Positions 62,901 to 64,000 of a stretch of 64,000 nucleotides of DNA are shown here, piece by piece. The DNA comes from a virus (taxonomy: Duplodnaviria; Caudoviricetes), in the IMG/VR virus record IMGVR_UViG_3300050821_000642, positions 1,879 to 65,878 of that record. One strand, written 5' to 3'. Position 1 is the stretch's first letter. Each line of letters starts with the position of its first letter. The notes beneath the pieces are model-generated. The model saw only the letters and a list, made by a program, of their open reading frames with translations, did no database searches and was not told the DNA's origin. The position numbers and the translations under genes were made by a program.

Positions 62901-64000
62901 GATGCGCTGGCGGCTTCGCAGCACATTCACAAGGACAGCGGCGTCGATCTGTTGCCGTTCTCCCGCGAGCGGGGGGCGATGAACAAAGTCAGTCGCTATA
63001 TCCGCGACGTGTCGGGGGCGATGGACAGCATGGGAAGATTTGTGACGGGACTGAGCGCCTACGACTTGGAGTACGCCAAGAACGGCGGCGACCACGACGC
63101 GGCGCTGCTGCACGCCAAGCAGACCATCGAGAAGGGGCTGATCCATTACGGCGCAGGCATGCGCGCCCCCGCGTTCAACACCAAACTCATGCGAGTTATC
63201 ACCCAGTTCAGGTTGCCGGGCATGAACATGCTGTACCTGCTGGGGCGCAACGCCTACCTCGCATTTCGTTCCGCCGATCAGGCGACCCGGCATGAGGCGT
63301 GGTGGGGGCTTGGCACCATGATACTGGGCGGCTGGGCGATCTCCGGTAGCTCTGCCCTGCCGACTGAACCGCTCAAGGTGCTGGGCATATTGGGGAGTCA
63401 GTTGGGGATCACACCGACGCCGAGCCAGATGTCGAGCGATTTGCGCTTGTGGCTGAATGACAATGCAGGGCCGACGATAGCCAATGCGGTGCTTGATGGG
63501 CCGCTGTCGTTGCTGGGCAGCGCCGCGCCAAGCTTTGCTGGACGTGTCGCCAATCCCGAGTTGACGTTTGGTGAGCCGGATAGCTCTAGGCCCGACGCAT
63601 TGATGTCGTGGTTGGCGCAGTTTACTTTAGGTGCAACCGGATCGCTGGGCGTCAATACGTTCCGTGGCTCGCAAGCGTTGTTCAATGGCAACTGGACCGA
63701 CGCGATCAAGTATCTGACGCCCAAGCAGATCGCGGATGCGGCGCGGGCCTACCACATGTATGAGGGCGACGAAGACCTACATAAGCCGTTCGCGATGGAG
63801 CCGCAGGGCGCGCTGCCGATACTGGAGCAGTTGTTTGGCGTGCGCACGCAGGACGTGGTGCGGGCGGGGGCGGGCAAGCACGCGCTGGGCGAGGCGATCA
63901 AAGCGTTGCCCAAGGGGGTCAAGGGGCAGGAGTTAAGGGACCGGCACAAAGAGAAGGTCCGCGCCCTAACGCGAGAGTATGAGGACGCCTATGGTCAGTA
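56925..64000 (+). CDS. Giant internal virion / polyvalent-type protein (>2350 aa), runs off right edge
   Basis: ATG 56925 (MADVDADLYAPIRG) after a palindrome. Same frame gives HEVFH (HExxH) at 60540 and is still open at the edge (...YEDAYGQ). No stop-terminated ORF is listed in this frame. Frame spot-checked, not fully translated. Confidence 0.8.
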   Translation, partial: MADVDADLYAPIRGVGPDSASASTPTPAPPTQAGDDDLYAPIRGAGPPISPSPRDLGPVPWSDVGAGLAAGYHEGMSDIGGFGSRFAGSPEMQRYYADQALRERTLGQRDVQSMTPAGQQGREQGFWSHPILQGAEAAPSMAGAAAPAIVGGAIAGPPGAIAGGALGFGAQAAGQTAADVHGNIADANDAALQKANPDYAAKRVYMSEADAKYAIAQESLNKTHAAEISGALGMLSGAVGPIAEIGGSGVVGKIVGDSLVRKALAGGVFEGTNLGAQAAGQTAFTAKAEQQAGTRGAVAPGEIAESFGEGFKTGAELSLPGVLFHGKTRLPQGGVSAEPTRSDTQGFKPGVRGNAGKGPTTAPTDEATTGTKSVPSSPITPDIKAATDGKPITPVGKPQETPVQPPPPVAQPTGVPAQEPQGRPPEAQVAAGPPPPPPAPEGQPAPTPAAPAAAPIDPVALAAQHAELVDPSHPRDAMIIPKGAQVPDITTDKWRYGNLKLPDDQGVVRYDHSRGNKWTKDSLKAAAKDGTLQDKIDAQAAKPAAESVVGAQPAAAAAEPVKAEPAAAEAAPSPAEAPSVGDRIKADIAKQPEDVQPKGVQPEGAGVTQESTPPDPLAGGTKVAENKAGVAIYRMPDGSLMKAGLGKDVRPVTEATAKIIFPKEFGGEGYVPAEKSEADKIREAADAEAARLKLAKETPPPTAEAEAPKGRVLRSETPEEQEAAARQAEADRLAAERVATEQPAKPVTRQTKEPEEQKPGKKSEPEKEAMRASNAVADDIVRNNLPQAGDEHAPDPARGSGGKGAREQVKARVQKMVKEANDGGFKFMKMLKDRKDPELAHSASSVLLHEAKRLADIKVAKTSDYKRFLDRERDLLKGEAAKEGVLKERRAAGKEFAAAAGKGVKEAAAEDVDTARRVGEEDVPDVAEEYEKAKERVAEEKVAKAPGEKREKTDTEKRAEEAGKRAAERAKQFELPEGASKGDILRKLEAAKRMARDQSIGEEERDAAMRGVQRLQDSLRSAIEREEAPRERPTVTHESDEPAVKGYSMATGFKVEARRGRAPPKLPERPAQRALAGEEYGGEAFEHPEEMVGPETYLHGARPTEAEGVEMTDKNGDKFTVHPFETTDAEELLRRHFYPEYHDEAYREPLKRLRDALLTMAGDVKVYIVSSRDIDRLYPGVEGYYDGDRNHIVLDGSAFSSDAPIHEVFHAATYHAIRQNPDLDRLLHRLHLEAKQWAKLDPEEWDKIHYFFGNREEFLTGLMTNPDMQQLLKKMKISSQLAGDIGIPKWRKMTMWNGMVELIRQALGMGKRDVSAIEAAMALSENLMWRDPRGAGMLMGAAGKLSRAQLRGSRLARARELPERAGRVREATEDPEKAGRDYGREHKGWVNKINDAVKTTLTDKNPTFKQAAERFASEPQMYELHRDKFKDGKSDPLRDRLDAMQQRGGRAEELAEPGMRLAHEWIGLADKHGPDSMAKLQDVMRMANEFGVYPHHPLGEGVNAHLASDTLDHIQARAVHPEISAKFNALHKDLQAHFLAQDKHFKDDLNAIRKLNAKNFIEGIDPPAGSTTLDVLDRMLAGKLTDADKAHYARYGVEGLDADVFQRRKGPYFPAARHGDFVVRAEHDVLTPKGSDRDYHGNLLEPNVRRFNTRAELEKYLGEVNLPARVSLKYYFDNPAGGRIYQVDDGQGGVRNVAHDEAGIGYGKPQPEYWATMQHKRVEFAKSLSEGQEIHRRLSEAKLKNLSGVEHRRGQGVDKSFTSQQTQSLLASIDKRTDLSEQQKNAMKDMIRETAIVTQSGSRLTKNFVRSQKVQGAEYGGEALSNHVLSSSRYQAAAEFQPKIDDAFERMRQVMDDHPDDKLTTDRSRVYNELASRSYNVTPENMNPSYSPVVQKLTQMTFIQDMASASHLLTHQLNLHYMGAAVMAPRHGLIPTFRKFHQIMREAGGPWMAAKKGFGYATAKFRDPEADYTSMFDMMRNSVTDARRRSVVDALAASQHIHKDSGVDLLPFSRERGAMNKVSRYIRDVSGAMDSMGRFVTGLSAYDLEYAKNGGDHDAALLHAKQTIEKGLIHYGAGMRAPAFNTKLMRVITQFRLPGMNMLYLLGRNAYLAFRSADQATRHEAWWGLGTMILGGWAISGSSALPTEPLKVLGILGSQLGITPTPSQMSSDLRLWLNDNAGPTIANAVLDGPLSLLGSAAPSFAGRVANPELTFGEPDSSRPDALMSWLAQFTLGATGSLGVNTFRGSQALFNGNWTDAIKYLTPKQIADAARAYHMYEGDEDLHKPFAMEPQGALPILEQLFGVRTQDVVRAGAGKHALGEAIKALPKGVKGQELRDRHKEKVRALTREYEDAYGQ

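Noticed and set aside
1-64000. tRNA genes, integrase/att site, phage RNA polymerase
   Set aside because: No cloverleaf, tyrosine/serine recombinase or RNAP motifs were recognised by eye; tRNAscan/HMM searches would be needed to exclude them formally.

Overview
The window is most, possibly almost all, of a GC-rich tailed-phage (podovirus-like) genome. The host is probably alphaproteobacterial, inferred from a PEPxxWA-CTERM gene. From left to right it holds: a lysis cassette (GH19 endolysin cut by the left edge, plus small membrane proteins); a PEP-CTERM moron with its own promoter and terminator; and a ~24 kb minus-strand early/replication arm (AEP/DUF927 primase-helicase, SSB-like protein, SNF2 helicase, VRR-NUC, PD-(D/E)XK nuclease, family A DNA polymerase, several HTH proteins, a MoxR-type AAA+/VWA-metallopeptidase pair, many small ORFs). 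A non-coding control region at ~26.3-27.85 kb follows. The plus-strand morphogenesis arm then encodes TerL, portal, scaffold, major capsid, adaptors, three fibres, a tail stabilisation protein, a GNAT and three internal virion proteins. The last of these is a >2300-aa ORF missing from the supplied track because it runs off the right edge. I saw no integrase, RNA polymerase, tRNA or CRISPR array. The most striking unexplained signal is a 16-bp palindrome, TWACYC-N4-GRGTWA. I found it by eye at 43 exact and about 14 near-exact sites across the whole genome. It is written into coding sequences and repeatedly forms the stop codon, RBS and spacer at gene junctions, which suggests a genome-wide protein-binding-site system. 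Other highlights are two Tad2/DUF2829-like anti-defence proteins, several structured-RNA candidates including a two-state RBS switch, tandem foldon-like repeats and swappable fibre tips. All calls come from reading motifs by eye; no searches were run.
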